A DNA stretch of 64,000 nucleotides. Origin: a virus. Shown in pieces: positions 47,176-57,996 of this stretch (position 1 is the first letter of the stretch; each line of letters begins with the position of its first letter). The stretch lies in the IMG/VR virus record IMGVR_UViG_3300033553_000116, positions 50,247 to 114,246 of that record; one strand, 5' to 3'. The notes beneath the pieces are model-generated. The model was not told the DNA's origin. It made no database searches and saw only the letters and a program-made list of their open reading frames with translations. Both the position numbers and the translations under genes were made by a program.

Positions 47176-50109
47176 ATGTCAGACGAGAAATTTGTATACG
47201 ATCCACGGAGAATCTCCGGGATGACACCAGTTGCCACAATTACTGGGAATGAGCTATTAGAAGTCATTCAAGAAGGCAAAAATAAACAAGCGCCGATTTC
47301 ACTTTTAAAAGGTGGGAAAGGTGATCCGGGGTTTGATGGTAAGAACGCTTATGAACTAGCATTGATCCGTGGATTTGTTGGTACAATGACTGAATGGCTG
47401 GCGTCCATTGAGGGTACCGATGGTCAACGAGGACTTACAGGTATCCAAGGTGTAGATGGTTTATCAGCATATGAATTAGCCGTAGCCGGTGGATTCAATG
47501 GTACACTTGCTGAATGGATTCAATCTATTAAAGGTGTAACTGGTAAGTCAGCTTATCAAATCGCTGTAGAAAATGGTTACCAAGGTACATCAATGGAGTG
47601 GCTAGCTACTCTTAGAGGACCTGTAGGTAAAACTGGCCCTATTGGTGAGCCAGGTGTTAAAGGTAATGTCGGACCTAAAGGTTTCAGTGCATTTGAAGTA
47701 GCGGTTAACCAAGGTTATACTGGAACTATTAATGACTGGTTATTTTCATTAACAGGTCAAGACGGTACTAATGGTGCATCTGCATTCGCCCTAGCACAAC
47801 TTGGTGGATTCGTAGGTACGATTGATGACTGGTTTGCTTCACTTGCTGGTAGAGACGGCATTGATGGTAACAATGGTTCAAGCGCTTATGAAGTAGCTAA
47901 GCTTAACGGTTACATTGGTACATTAGCAGATTGGTTACTATCACTTAAAGGTGACTTCGGTGCTACCGGTAGTCAGGGCCAAAGTGCATATGACATTGCT
48001 GTAGCCAATGGATTCGTTGGTACGGAAGCTGATTGGTTAATCTCTCTAGCTGGTGGTATTAACGGTGTTGGTGCAAGTGCATACCAACTAGCAGTAGCTG
48101 GTGGTTATGTAGGTACAGAAGCAGAGTGGTTGGCATCTTTAAAAGGTGATACCGGTATTACTGGTAAGAGCGCTTACGAGCTTGCGGTCATTAACGGTTT
48201 TAACGGCACAGAGACTGAGTGGCTTGCTTCACTTAGAGGTAATGCAGTTAAGATTGAAGTTGTAGACTTTACTGCATTTGATATTAATATGCCTGCTGGT
48301 TTCGCAGCGGTTAAAGAATATTCAGACTCGTCTATCAAAATCACACACGGTTTAGGTAAAGAGCCACTAGGTTGGTTCGCAGTAAGTAAAGATAGTGTAC
48401 CTGCAGTTGGTATCTATCCGTCGTCTACACGTAACATGCAAGTATTAGATGCAAACAATGTTATTATTACCAACGTTTCAGCTTTCACTAAGTTTGATAT
48501 TTATTTATACTTCGGTGAGCAAGTTGTTGTTTCTGGTGCACCTGGCCTTGATGGCACAAACGGTTCAAGTGCATATGAGATTGCTGTAGCCAATGGATAT
48601 GTTGGTACTCCTTCACAGTGGTTACTTAGTCTTAAAGGTATTGCTGGTACTAATGGTACAAACGGTACTGATGGCGCTGCAGGTAGTGACGGTATTGCTG
48701 GTGTAGATGGTTTATCGGCATATCAGGTTGCGGTTAATAACGGTTTTGTAGGTACAGAACCAGAGTGGCTAGCTTCTATTAAAGGTAATGCTGTTCTAAT
48801 ATCAGTAATTGACTTTGCGTCACTTAACGTTACATTGCCTTTAGGCTTCACTGCAGTAAAAGATTACTCTGATTCATCAATTAGAATTACACATAATCTC
48901 GGACAAGACCCTACAGGTTGGTTCGCTTTAGGAAAGGATTCAATCCCAAATGTTGGTATATACCCTACCAGTACTCGTAACATGCAAGTTGTGGACGCAA
49001 ACAGCGTTATCATTACTAACGTGTCTAGTTTCTCTAAGTTTGATATTTATTTATACTTTAATGAGCAGGTTACTATTTTTGGTGCTACTGGTGCCGATGG
49101 CGCTGATGGTTTACCTGGTGCTGCTGGTTCTGATGGTTTACCTGGTCTACCAGGCGATCCCGGAGATAGTGCATATAACGTAGCTGTTACTAATGGTTAT
49201 GTAGGTACTGAAGCGGAGTGGCTGGCTAGTCTTAAAGGTAACTCTCTATTAATTGAAGTTACTGACTTTGCTACACTTGCTGCTAATGTACCTGCGGGAA
49301 TGTCTATTGTTAAAGAGTATTCCGATTCCTCTCTATCAGTAACACATAACCAGAACAAACAACCCGTTGGTTGGTTTGCAATTAGTAAGGACACTGTTCC
49401 TGCTGTGGCAATCTACTCTACTAGTACACGTAACATGCAAGTTGTTGATAATAACACAATTGTTATTACAAACATTTCTTCATTCACTTCGTTTGACTTG
49501 TATTTACATTTCGGTGATAAGATTGTTGTAACTGCCGATCCTGGTCTTGATGGCGCTACCGGTCCTGCTGGTGCTGATGGGGTATCTGCATATGAACTTG
49601 CAGTAGCTACTGGTTTTGTTGGTACTGAAGCAGAATGGCTAGCATCCCTAGTTGGTCCTGTAGGTCCTGCAGGTACCGGTGGTACTGGTGATGGTCTTCC
49701 GGTTCGTGGGAAGTTCACTGTTACTAACAATGGTGTTAGTGCTCGTATTAATATCAGTGGTTTTGGTACACAGGCTGACATGGATGCATTGACTCTATCT
49801 ACTCTTGGTGGGTCAGTTGTTGAAATAACTAATATTGCAGTTGGTTTACTTATTATCCAAGCTACCATTAGTTACGATGCAGGATTCAATTCGGCAAACA
49901 GCTTTACACTTAGATATCCAGAACCATATGGCGACACTAGTGTTATCGATATGAACATTCCGGTATTCTTTGTGTTCAGTCAGGCTAATCCGTCTGTAAT
50001 GCAATCTACAAGTCAACAAAACTATCAGAACAATGCTGGTATTGTTGATTGTCAGAAAGCTGGACTACTTCCTAACGTTGCCTATAGATGGAAATTTATA
50101 ATGGCATAA
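47176..50109 (+). CDS. Collagen-like fibre protein with SAYE..WLxSL repeats and three STRNMQ domains
   Basis: 13 SAY/F-x-AV-x-GFxGTxxEWLxSL repeats with Gly-X-Y linkers. Confidence 0.8.
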   Translation: MSDEKFVYDPRRISGMTPVATITGNELLEVIQEGKNKQAPISLLKGGKGDPGFDGKNAYELALIRGFVGTMTEWLASIEGTDGQRGLTGIQGVDGLSAYELAVAGGFNGTLAEWIQSIKGVTGKSAYQIAVENGYQGTSMEWLATLRGPVGKTGPIGEPGVKGNVGPKGFSAFEVAVNQGYTGTINDWLFSLTGQDGTNGASAFALAQLGGFVGTIDDWFASLAGRDGIDGNNGSSAYEVAKLNGYIGTLADWLLSLKGDFGATGSQGQSAYDIAVANGFVGTEADWLISLAGGINGVGASAYQLAVAGGYVGTEAEWLASLKGDTGITGKSAYELAVINGFNGTETEWLASLRGNAVKIEVVDFTAFDINMPAGFAAVKEYSDSSIKITHGLGKEPLGWFAVSKDSVPAVGIYPSSTRNMQVLDANNVIITNVSAFTKFDIYLYFGEQVVVSGAPGLDGTNGSSAYEIAVANGYVGTPSQWLLSLKGIAGTNGTNGTDGAAGSDGIAGVDGLSAYQVAVNNGFVGTEPEWLASIKGNAVLISVIDFASLNVTLPLGFTAVKDYSDSSIRITHNLGQDPTGWFALGKDSIPNVGIYPTSTRNMQVVDANSVIITNVSSFSKFDIYLYFNEQVTIFGATGADGADGLPGAAGSDGLPGLPGDPGDSAYNVAVTNGYVGTEAEWLASLKGNSLLIEVTDFATLAANVPAGMSIVKEYSDSSLSVTHNQNKQPVGWFAISKDTVPAVAIYSTSTRNMQVVDNNTIVITNISSFTSFDLYLHFGDKIVVTADPGLDGATGPAGADGVSAYELAVATGFVGTEAEWLASLVGPVGPAGTGGTGDGLPVRGKFTVTNNGVSARINISGFGTQADMDALTLSTLGGSVVEITNIAVGLLIIQATISYDAGFNSANSFTLRYPEPYGDTSVIDMNIPVFFVFSQANPSVMQSTSQQNYQNNAGIVDCQKAGLLPNVAYRWKFIMA

Positions 50110-50240
50110 TTGTTTAAGGGCTGCCGTAAAGGTAGCCCTTATTCTTTTTTTTTTTGTAATTTATCTTTAATACTATGTTTAACGTTTTCATCCAGTTAAA
50201 AATAAATTAAGTAAATGCCCATGAAATTAAAAGGATTAAC

Positions 50241-50954
50241 ATGTCACGGTTAATATTTCAAGCTAAAATACTACTCAATACAGCTACTGTTACTAGCGTA
50301 CCGGGCGAGTGGTTAGCCAGCATTACTTTTTCAGACAACGAGGGTGTGTTTGCACCTAGTCACGTTGTTGTAAGTGATGTACTGGTTATTGACACTGCTC
50401 AATGGGAGCCTGGCACACTTACACGGTATGTAATCACTGAGGTAGTCAATTCTAGCTGGACTGGCGAAATGACTGTCAGGATCCAATATGAAATAGATAA
50501 CGACAATCGTTCACCTAATCCAGATTTATCATACAGTTTGGGTAGTACAGGTATTGTTACAAGACCTAGCCCTAACTTAGGACTATTGCCTGTACCATCT
50601 CCCCAAGCTCAGTTAATGTCAGATAGATTTAGTTTCTACATTAATAACTATAATCTAACTACCATTCTTGATACCAATGGGGCTGGTGGAACTGCCCCGG
50701 TTTCTGAAATAGTAACTGCACAAGAGTTACCAATAAGATTCGATGGAACAGCAGAACTTCCTGATGCACCTAGTGGAGATTTTATTTTTAATACGGCTAT
50801 CTTACATATGTGGGATGGTAGTATATTAGAATCAATGGGTGCTAGGCCTATTACTATTGCAGGAAAACACTATGTTGAACTACCTGCAGGTGACTTGGCT
50901 ATACATCAGGATTTCATTATTTCAATCACAGTCTCTTATTTATTCAATAAATAA
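50241..50954 (+). CDS. Putative virion structural protein
   Basis: 237 aa in fibre cluster. Confidence 0.6.
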   Translation: MSRLIFQAKILLNTATVTSVPGEWLASITFSDNEGVFAPSHVVVSDVLVIDTAQWEPGTLTRYVITEVVNSSWTGEMTVRIQYEIDNDNRSPNPDLSYSLGSTGIVTRPSPNLGLLPVPSPQAQLMSDRFSFYINNYNLTTILDTNGAGGTAPVSEIVTAQELPIRFDGTAELPDAPSGDFIFNTAILHMWDGSILESMGARPITIAGKHYVELPAGDLAIHQDFIISITVSYLFNK

Positions 50955-51028
50955 GAGGTATTCTATGAAGAGTAATAAAGTTCTTCTTGCTTGATTACAA
51001 TCCATAACCTTTAAAGGAAATTAAAAAA

Positions 51029-52018
51029 ATGATTTTACAAAGACATAAGAGTTCGATTTTTGGTTTAAACCAAGACCTTGTTGACATCAACAATGCTATC
51101 AGTACTGAAGAAGCTGCACGTATCGGTAAAGACGGTGACTTAACGTTACTTTCTACTGTTGCTAAAAGTGATTTAGTAACGGCTATCAACGAAGTATTGA
51201 CAACTGCATCAGCCGCGGCTGCAGATTCTTTACAAATCGCTGCTAACCTTTCTGACGTAGCTGACGTTGCTGCTGCACGTACTAACTTAAGCGTTAGTTC
51301 TTCTGCTGAAGTAACTGCTGCTATCGAAGCTGCTACATTGGCTATGGGTACTAACTACTCAGTTGCTACTATCCTAGAGCGTGATGCTTTAAACCCACTT
51401 GACGTAGCTGACCGTGTGTTCGTTGCTGATTCTGGTGCTGGTACTTGGTCACTATATAAAGTTGCTGCTGTTGATCCTGCTACAGGACAAGGTACTTCTT
51501 GGATTATGGTTCAGGATCAGGCTGCTCTTGAAGCGTCAATCAGTGCACCTTCTATCAAAGCGGCTTACGAGTCTAACCTTGATACAAATGCTTACACTGA
51601 CATCGACGAAGGTAAAGTTGCATTACTAACTGTAACTCAAGCTATTGACCTTGACGACGCTGTACTTTCAGCTGAGTTGGTTCAAGACTTGTCATTGAGT
51701 GCTGCTATTGACCTAGCTCCTTCTGTTGCTGCTGTTAAAGCTTACGCTGATGCTGCTGCTACTGCTGGTGGGTCAATTCCTACTCTTGAGACATTAACTG
51801 TTGCTGGTTCTGAGATTACTTTATCTGCAGCTCCTAAAGGTGGCGTTTCTGGTGTAATGAACTTCGCTACTTGTCGTTATGTCGACGGTAACGGTGTTGC
51901 ATTCGACGCTCCTATTGTTGCTACAGCTAATCCTTTGGTCTTCGGTATCTCTACAGATACTACTGATCAGTGGCACCTGAACCAAGTTCAGATTCAATAC
52001 CTATATACTGCTGGATAA
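51029..52018 (+). CDS. Fibre-like virion protein
   Basis: GDLTLLSTVAKSDLVTAINEV and ANLSDVADVAAARTNL fibre motifs; strong codon bias. Confidence 0.7.
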   Translation: MILQRHKSSIFGLNQDLVDINNAISTEEAARIGKDGDLTLLSTVAKSDLVTAINEVLTTASAAAADSLQIAANLSDVADVAAARTNLSVSSSAEVTAAIEAATLAMGTNYSVATILERDALNPLDVADRVFVADSGAGTWSLYKVAAVDPATGQGTSWIMVQDQAALEASISAPSIKAAYESNLDTNAYTDIDEGKVALLTVTQAIDLDDAVLSAELVQDLSLSAAIDLAPSVAAVKAYADAAATAGGSIPTLETLTVAGSEITLSAAPKGGVSGVMNFATCRYVDGNGVAFDAPIVATANPLVFGISTDTTDQWHLNQVQIQYLYTAG

Positions 52019-52115
52019 GTAGTTAAGGTATAAATAATGTAATAATTATTTAACTAATAAAGAGGCTGGGAAACCAGCCTCTTTATTTATGCTCTATTTT
52101 ATGTATAATTAATTA

Positions 52116-52895
52116 ATGGGGAATAAAATGAATAATGGGATATTAGCTTTAATAGCTAAGGGAGTAGCTGGAACTAGAGCTTCACTGGCACCCTTTAATG
52201 TAGCTGATTGCTACGTATCGCCATATGGGTCTGATGAGACAGGTGACGGTTCATTTGAGAATCCATGGTATACATTTGTACATACACCAGCCAATTCACA
52301 TATTGGTATGCTACCTGGCGTTTATGATAGTGCGGACTATGGTATTGTTGTAGGACTGAAAACAAATGCATATGAAAACTACTGCGATATGCATGGGCTA
52401 TTTATATCGCCGTGGGACACAAGTAGGGGAGCTAGTATAAGTTCCAGGGATCGTAAAGATGCCAATGGTTCTTTAGACCGAACACTTGATGACCCCACAT
52501 ATGTGGATACCTATGGTGTAAAGATAGGTACAACATTTTTCGCTACACATGGTCCAGGTACAGTTGAAATACGTCTTACTGGCATTGTTCAATCGAGGGA
52601 CACTAACGTATTTGTTGGTGGAAATTTCATATTTAAAGACATTGATATATTTTACAAACGTAGTTTAACAGTGGCTGGTAGTCAGGGATATAAGGTTGCA
52701 TTATGTCGTTGGACAGCCTTCGGGATGATACTTAATAGTAACATTGAAGTTGGAGGCCAGTATTCATATATTTACTATAATGGCGGTAGCGTTAGTGATG
52801 CTACAATATTTAAAGATGTTACCTTCTCAGGAAATAGGCAGTTACTATCTAGTTATAGCGGTTTCATAAATCACATGAATACAATTGATGTATAA
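52116..52895 (+). CDS. DUF1565-like/beta-helix protein; paralog of 8967-9668
   Basis: YVSPYGSDETGDGSFENPWYTF; likely start 52128. Confidence 0.7.
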   Translation: MGNKMNNGILALIAKGVAGTRASLAPFNVADCYVSPYGSDETGDGSFENPWYTFVHTPANSHIGMLPGVYDSADYGIVVGLKTNAYENYCDMHGLFISPWDTSRGASISSRDRKDANGSLDRTLDDPTYVDTYGVKIGTTFFATHGPGTVEIRLTGIVQSRDTNVFVGGNFIFKDIDIFYKRSLTVAGSQGYKVALCRWTAFGMILNSNIEVGGQYSYIYYNGGSVSDATIFKDVTFSGNRQLLSSYSGFINHMNTIDV

Positions 52896-53105
52896 GGCAT
52901 TAGTAATAGATTGAGGTGGCTATATTGGCCTCCTTGCAATGTTAGGACTTATTAAATGTAACTATTGTCAGCTTAGATATTTGAGTGCCGTCATACGGCT
53001 CTAATGGAACGATTGTAAAAAAGATATATTACAGAGTATTTACTAAACGGCATAAACAGCAGAGAGGCTAATGCCTCTCTGCTGTATGTTTACATTTTTA
53101 CAATC

Positions 53106-53651
53106 TTAGTACCAAGTCATTGGTGGAATTACAGCCAATACTTGTGCAATAGTTGTAGGTAGTGATTGGGTTCCAGCTTTAACAGCAGCACCATACTCAC
53201 GTAAGGCAATCCATGTTTGATCTCGAATAAGAATGCCACGATCAGCTTCAGTTTTGAAAGTGGCATCTGTACTTGTTGAATAGTTACATAATGAAGCGAT
53301 ATCATCGTAACCTTTAGCAATAGCAAATTCATTTAACATCTGACTTGCTTCAGCAGTTACACGCTCTAAAACTTCTTCAGTAGTTGTAGTAATCTCAGAA
53401 GCAGTCTTAGGACGATCTGTCCAGATACAAGACCATGTCTTAGTAGCCTGTGAATACGCAGGAGGACTCAGTTCATTAACCATTGTCAAGTTAGCTGCTG
53501 GTTCTACAGGAACATTTACAAGACGGACGTGAGGTGGCAAGTTAGCATTTGTAGGATTTCTCGGGAAACTCATATTAGGAAACTTCTTTCTAATATTAGT
53601 TACTGGGAACTCAAGTACTGTTTGGGTTTGTACATTTATAATAGCATACAT
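53106..53651 (-). CDS. Tail fibre assembly-like protein
   Basis: FPNMSFP; LNEFA..KGYDDIASLC.Y..S..FK.EA...RDQTW. Confidence 0.65.
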   Translation of the reverse strand: MYAIINVQTQTVLEFPVTNIRKKFPNMSFPRNPTNANLPPHVRLVNVPVEPAANLTMVNELSPPAYSQATKTWSCIWTDRPKTASEITTTTEEVLERVTAEASQMLNEFAIAKGYDDIASLCNYSTSTDATFKTEADRGILIRDQTWIALREYGAAVKAGTQSLPTTIAQVLAVIPPMTWY

Positions 53652-53682
53652 TTAAGTTTACTCTCCAATTAGTTTATTTAAA

Positions 53683-54459
53683 TTATACAACTGCTTGCAT
53701 GTTTAGACCGACTGTTAAGCCTGACCAATTAACACCACCATCTACAGTGTAGAAAGCAATAATATCTTTTCCACCAGCAGTTAGTGTAGGTGCAGCGCCG
53801 CCATCCCATACAACACCAGCAAACCAACCTACAGTAAAATCACCGCCGTTAGTTAATTCAAGGATGAATGACGATACTTCGCCCGCAGGTGCAGCACCAG
53901 AAACAGTGAATGTAGTTGTTTCAATAACAGTCTTAGAGAAAACAGAACCAGTCTTCAAGTCAATGTTGTATGCTGGTATAATTGCATACTTATCTGTTAG
54001 TTCATTTAAGACCTGTGACAGTTGAGCCGTGAAACTACCGTAACCGTATGTGAAGTCCAAAGTCTGACCATCGTAGTCAAGTGTACCTAAGTCAATCTCA
54101 GCGCCTAGTACAGTAGGTTTAACGTCACCTATGATAACCCCAGAGATAGTATCAATAACGCGTGCAGTCCAGATTTCATCATTTAGTGGGATATTGTCAG
54201 CGGTAACAATACCGTTAGTGATAACGTGTGACTCTGAAGCAAAGTTCAAAGTAATCTTCTCATCCAATTCCATTAAGATCCAGCGAGAATTAGCCCCGTC
54301 TGACATCCATTCGTACTTAGCGTACCCGCCAGCTGTTGATGGGTCGCCGATAGCGTCTTTAACAGTACAGTTCATGCCAGGGAATTTTGCCGTGATAGCA
54401 TTTCTCTCTGCGATGTTCTCTACTATTCTATCGCCATCATTTGTAATAATAATCGCCAT
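53683..54459 (-). CDS. Tail fibre protein
   Basis: C-terminal W.GG.APTLTAGGKDII.F.T.DGG.NW.G domain common in phage fibres. Confidence 0.7.
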   Translation of the reverse strand: MAIIITNDGDRIVENIAERNAITAKFPGMNCTVKDAIGDPSTAGGYAKYEWMSDGANSRWILMELDEKITLNFASESHVITNGIVTADNIPLNDEIWTARVIDTISGVIIGDVKPTVLGAEIDLGTLDYDGQTLDFTYGYGSFTAQLSQVLNELTDKYAIIPAYNIDLKTGSVFSKTVIETTTFTVSGAAPAGEVSSFILELTNGGDFTVGWFAGVVWDGGAAPTLTAGGKDIIAFYTVDGGVNWSGLTVGLNMQAVV

Positions 54460-54595
54460 TAGTCATTTACCTCGTTTAGATTAAAAAAAGCAGTGTTATT
54501 TAAACTGCAATACATAAAATACTATACAGACTTTAAATTTAATCTTTATTTTATGTCAAGTATAACTATTTTTTATATAAAAGGGATTTAAAGCA

Positions 54596-56182
54596 ATGAT
54601 TAACGCCGGAATAAAAATACTACCTTTTAGTGGTACACAGGTATTCGATACGGTATCTGGTAACTGGTCTGGGATAGCTGTTACAGCACGATATCCTTCA
54701 GATCAAAATAAAATAACCAACCCCATTTCTATTGGCGATGCCATTGTTGAGCCTACCAGTGGAATGTGGGAAGTAATGGCAGTAGTGGATACTGCCTCAG
54801 GCAATGACTTCGTTCTATCACTCCGTTCACTAGATGTTACCCCATCTGCAGATATTGCTCCAGGTCTAGGGTTAGTGAGTCGTGGTGCCATCACTACTCC
54901 AGTCAATGGTCAGTTAGCACCATATTGGAATGGTGTTCTTGTAAGTACTGAGATATCCCGTATAGTTGAGATTTATAACCTATCTATTCTAGACAATACT
55001 TTATCTGGTCTAGGCAATGCAGTAACAGGACTAGGTAATGACCTATCGGGTCTAGGCACAAGTATATCAGATTTAGATTATAGCGTATCTGCACAACTGG
55101 TGGATGAAGTTAACGTAGTCACTGACCCCTACACATTATCACCCGATGTTGTAGACGGTGATCTCTGTTATTTATATCTGGGTGTTATAAGTAAGTCTGT
55201 CACTCAGGACAGAAGTGCAAATACCAATCAGGCTGATCCAGATTACATAGGTGTTACAACAGGTAACATAGTGGCAGATGTTACTAATGGCATCATGTAT
55301 TACTGGACTTCACTCCATATACCTGAAAGATTAAAAGCCATTCTTTTAGCTAACATTACTGAGAACGATTGTTATTTATGGTCAAACCCAGTAACTCCAG
55401 GAACATTGACAACAATAGATCCATTGGTATCACATGGTCTAACAACTGGTCACATATTCTTCCTAACAGATACTGGTGAACTTATTCGCAATAACGCTGT
55501 TAAGCGTGGTACCGCAACTTACTTAGCTAAGGAAGGGGAGGACATTTCTTTAAAATTAAATGCCTTGCTTTTAACGCATGAGAATATCCATTTAAAAATA
55601 CCAGCTGGTGTAACTTGTAATCTTACAAGAGAGACAGTCAATATTGGTGACGGATATTTAAATGTAAGATGTGATGGTAGATTAGACGTCAGGGTAAAAC
55701 TAACAAGTCCTAACTATATGAATAATGGCCCTTGGTATATATGTGGTGGATTCTATGTACAGGGTGGTAGACTATACATGGGTGGTGAAGGAGAGATACA
55801 TCACCACATCCCACCTGGTACTAAGTTATACCCACACCCATCCCAGTTAATTAATGTTAATAGCTATAGTGCACATGCATCAAAAATAGCATTAGTATCA
55901 CACAACCTAGACTTCTATACTACAATTGGTATATTAGGTGTTGCTGGTGCAGGTACTAAGACTGACTTTTATATGGCGGGTGTAAATTTATTTACTGAAC
56001 GTGTATCTGCATCTGTTGTATCACAGCCATACTTCGCTGATGGTAGTTGGAGCTTTGGAGATAGCATAGTAACATTTGCTAGATCTGGTGTATCTGCAAC
56101 AGGCTTCAGTGCAATACCGGCTAGTGGACTATATACCGGTTCACAGATTACTGGCAACTATAGCTCTAGTGTTATTGCATAG
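54596..56182 (+). CDS. Fibre/receptor-binding protein with MINxGIxILPF N-domain
   Basis: N-terminal ~130 aa homologous to 16010(-) and 57364 proteins. Confidence 0.7.
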   Translation: MINAGIKILPFSGTQVFDTVSGNWSGIAVTARYPSDQNKITNPISIGDAIVEPTSGMWEVMAVVDTASGNDFVLSLRSLDVTPSADIAPGLGLVSRGAITTPVNGQLAPYWNGVLVSTEISRIVEIYNLSILDNTLSGLGNAVTGLGNDLSGLGTSISDLDYSVSAQLVDEVNVVTDPYTLSPDVVDGDLCYLYLGVISKSVTQDRSANTNQADPDYIGVTTGNIVADVTNGIMYYWTSLHIPERLKAILLANITENDCYLWSNPVTPGTLTTIDPLVSHGLTTGHIFFLTDTGELIRNNAVKRGTATYLAKEGEDISLKLNALLLTHENIHLKIPAGVTCNLTRETVNIGDGYLNVRCDGRLDVRVKLTSPNYMNNGPWYICGGFYVQGGRLYMGGEGEIHHHIPPGTKLYPHPSQLINVNSYSAHASKIALVSHNLDFYTTIGILGVAGAGTKTDFYMAGVNLFTERVSASVVSQPYFADGSWSFGDSIVTFARSGVSATGFSAIPASGLYTGSQITGNYSSSVIA

Positions 56183-56219
56183 TAGATAAATAACAAATAT
56201 AAAGAAGAGGAATATTTAA

Positions 56220-56672
56220 ATGAATGAGGTACTTTTTATTGGAACATATACATTTGGTAATGTAGAAGTATGTGATCCTACAGCAGCAACGTTAGAGAAA
56301 CTAAACATTCCCCAGTTAGAAATCGCTGCTATTATTTTAGAAAAGCAACGCGAAGTACAGACTGAGCTTGTTAGAAAAGCTTATAATGAGTCACTAGCTG
56401 AACCTATTACATTATCTGGAATAAAGTGGGACTGCTCTGATAGAACACCAAGTCTATTAGATGGCGAAGTTAGATATCAGGAAGCCATTGGGTCTAGTTC
56501 AGTAACGTTCTTTGACTTTAATGACGATGCACACACTATTGATATTGCAACTGCTAAAGTCATTGTCATAGGCATTACTACGGGCTTCCGAGATAAATTG
56601 ATTAAAAAACAAACTTTATTTAAAGCTATCAAAAATGCTACATTGGCAAATGTAAATTCAGTTAATTGGTAA
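56220..56672 (+). CDS. DUF4376-like fibre chaperone
   Basis: FFDFNDDAH..KKQTL...I...VNW; directly after fibre gene. Confidence 0.6.
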   Translation: MNEVLFIGTYTFGNVEVCDPTAATLEKLNIPQLEIAAIILEKQREVQTELVRKAYNESLAEPITLSGIKWDCSDRTPSLLDGEVRYQEAIGSSSVTFFDFNDDAHTIDIATAKVIVIGITTGFRDKLIKKQTLFKAIKNATLANVNSVNW

Positions 56673-56831
56673 GTTAAATTTATAGAACCTTTATCTATTT
56701 GAGTTACTATCCCAAATAGATTTTAGATACATAGGTATTTTATAGTTATACTACTTAAGTTACCAAATTACTAAATGTAGTAACTTGAGGTTAGTCTTGA
56801 TATTAATTAATAGATAAAAAAGGATAAGGTA

Positions 56832-57266
56832 ATGGCCGTAGATAATTTTAGAGCACAGTTCTCACGTGGTACTACTGCAGAGAATGATTTATACACTGGT
56901 GCAGATGGTGAACTAACTCTTGATAAAGAAGCTAAAAATATACGTGTGCATGATGGTGTAACTCCAGGTGGAGAAGTCTTTGGTGGTGCAGGCGCACTTA
57001 AAGTAGTTGTTAATAGTTGGGCTGCTGCCAATTATACTGTTGATGCCGGTGTTGCAATCACAAAAGATTACTCAGATACCTCCATTAAGATCCAGCACAA
57101 TAAGGGGAAATTCCCAACTGGTTGGTTTGGTTTGGTATTAGAAAGTGTACCAATGGTTGGTATGGTTTCATCATCAACTCGCAATATGCAAATAGTAGAT
57201 GCTAATACAGTAATCATTACTAACATTAGCAGCTTCGATAACTTTGAGATTAATTTGCAGTTTTAA
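56832..57266 (+). CDS. Mtd_N-like domain plus STRNMQ domain mini-fibre
   Basis: QFSRGTTAENDLYTGADGELTLD..RVHDGVTPGG; KDYSDTSIKI..STRNMQ. Confidence 0.75.
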   Translation: MAVDNFRAQFSRGTTAENDLYTGADGELTLDKEAKNIRVHDGVTPGGEVFGGAGALKVVVNSWAAANYTVDAGVAITKDYSDTSIKIQHNKGKFPTGWFGLVLESVPMVGMVSSSTRNMQIVDANTVIITNISSFDNFEINLQF

Positions 57267-57363
57267 ACAATGCAGAACTTTCCAATGTCTATAGTTTATT
57301 ATGACCTATTTTATAGCCATAGTTTCTTGGCATTGGATATGTAAAATAAAAAAGGATTAAGAT

Positions 57364-57996
57364 ATGATTAATGCAGGTATTGCAATACTACCCTTTGGTG
57401 GTACACAGGTATTTAATGCTACCTCCCTTGAGTGGGAAGGCATTACAGTAGACATCAACTATGCTGCTGGTGAGACTACTACAACTAACCCAGTCGCCAT
57501 TGGTGATATTGTTGTTGAGCCACTTGGAGCTATTTGGGAAGTTAAAGCAGTTACTCCAGGTACAGGAAACGGATATTCATTAAACGTTATCTCTAAGAAC
57601 GGAGCACAGTCAGCGGACAACGCACCTAGTTTAGGTGGCGTTTCTCGTGGTGGTATCATGACTCCTAAAAATGGGATGATTGCCCCACATTGGGATGCAA
57701 CTAAAGTTGACATCTCGGTAGGACGTATTGCATCTTTATTTAGTACAGATGTTATCGCTTCTGGCGAGACTATTGATGATGTCACACTAGCCTCTAAGGC
57801 AGATAAGTCTGCATTAGACACTACTAATCAATCAGTAGTTACGGTATCTAATGCACTATCTGCTAAAGCGGACACATCTGCTTTAGCTACTAAGTTAGAT
57901 AAAGGCGCAATGGCTGCTTCTACGGTTGCTGGTTCTGTTAAAATGAGTTTAACTGGAACTACATTACATATTCGTAATGATGGTGGTAATGCTTAA
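57364..57996 (+). CDS. Short fibre protein with MINxGIxILPF N-domain
   Basis: Shared N-domain, KAD repeats. Confidence 0.7.
   Translation: MINAGIAILPFGGTQVFNATSLEWEGITVDINYAAGETTTTNPVAIGDIVVEPLGAIWEVKAVTPGTGNGYSLNVISKNGAQSADNAPSLGGVSRGGIMTPKNGMIAPHWDATKVDISVGRIASLFSTDVIASGETIDDVTLASKADKSALDTTNQSVVTVSNALSAKADTSALATKLDKGAMAASTVAGSVKMSLTGTTLHIRNDGGNA

Noticed and set aside
53025-53032. TATATTAC early promoter
   Set aside because: Lacks the shared flanks and points straight into a terminator with no downstream gene
56832-57266. Diversity-generating retroelement suggested by the Mtd_N-like domain
   Set aside because: No reverse transcriptase and no template/variable repeat pair with adenine-only differences seen in the window
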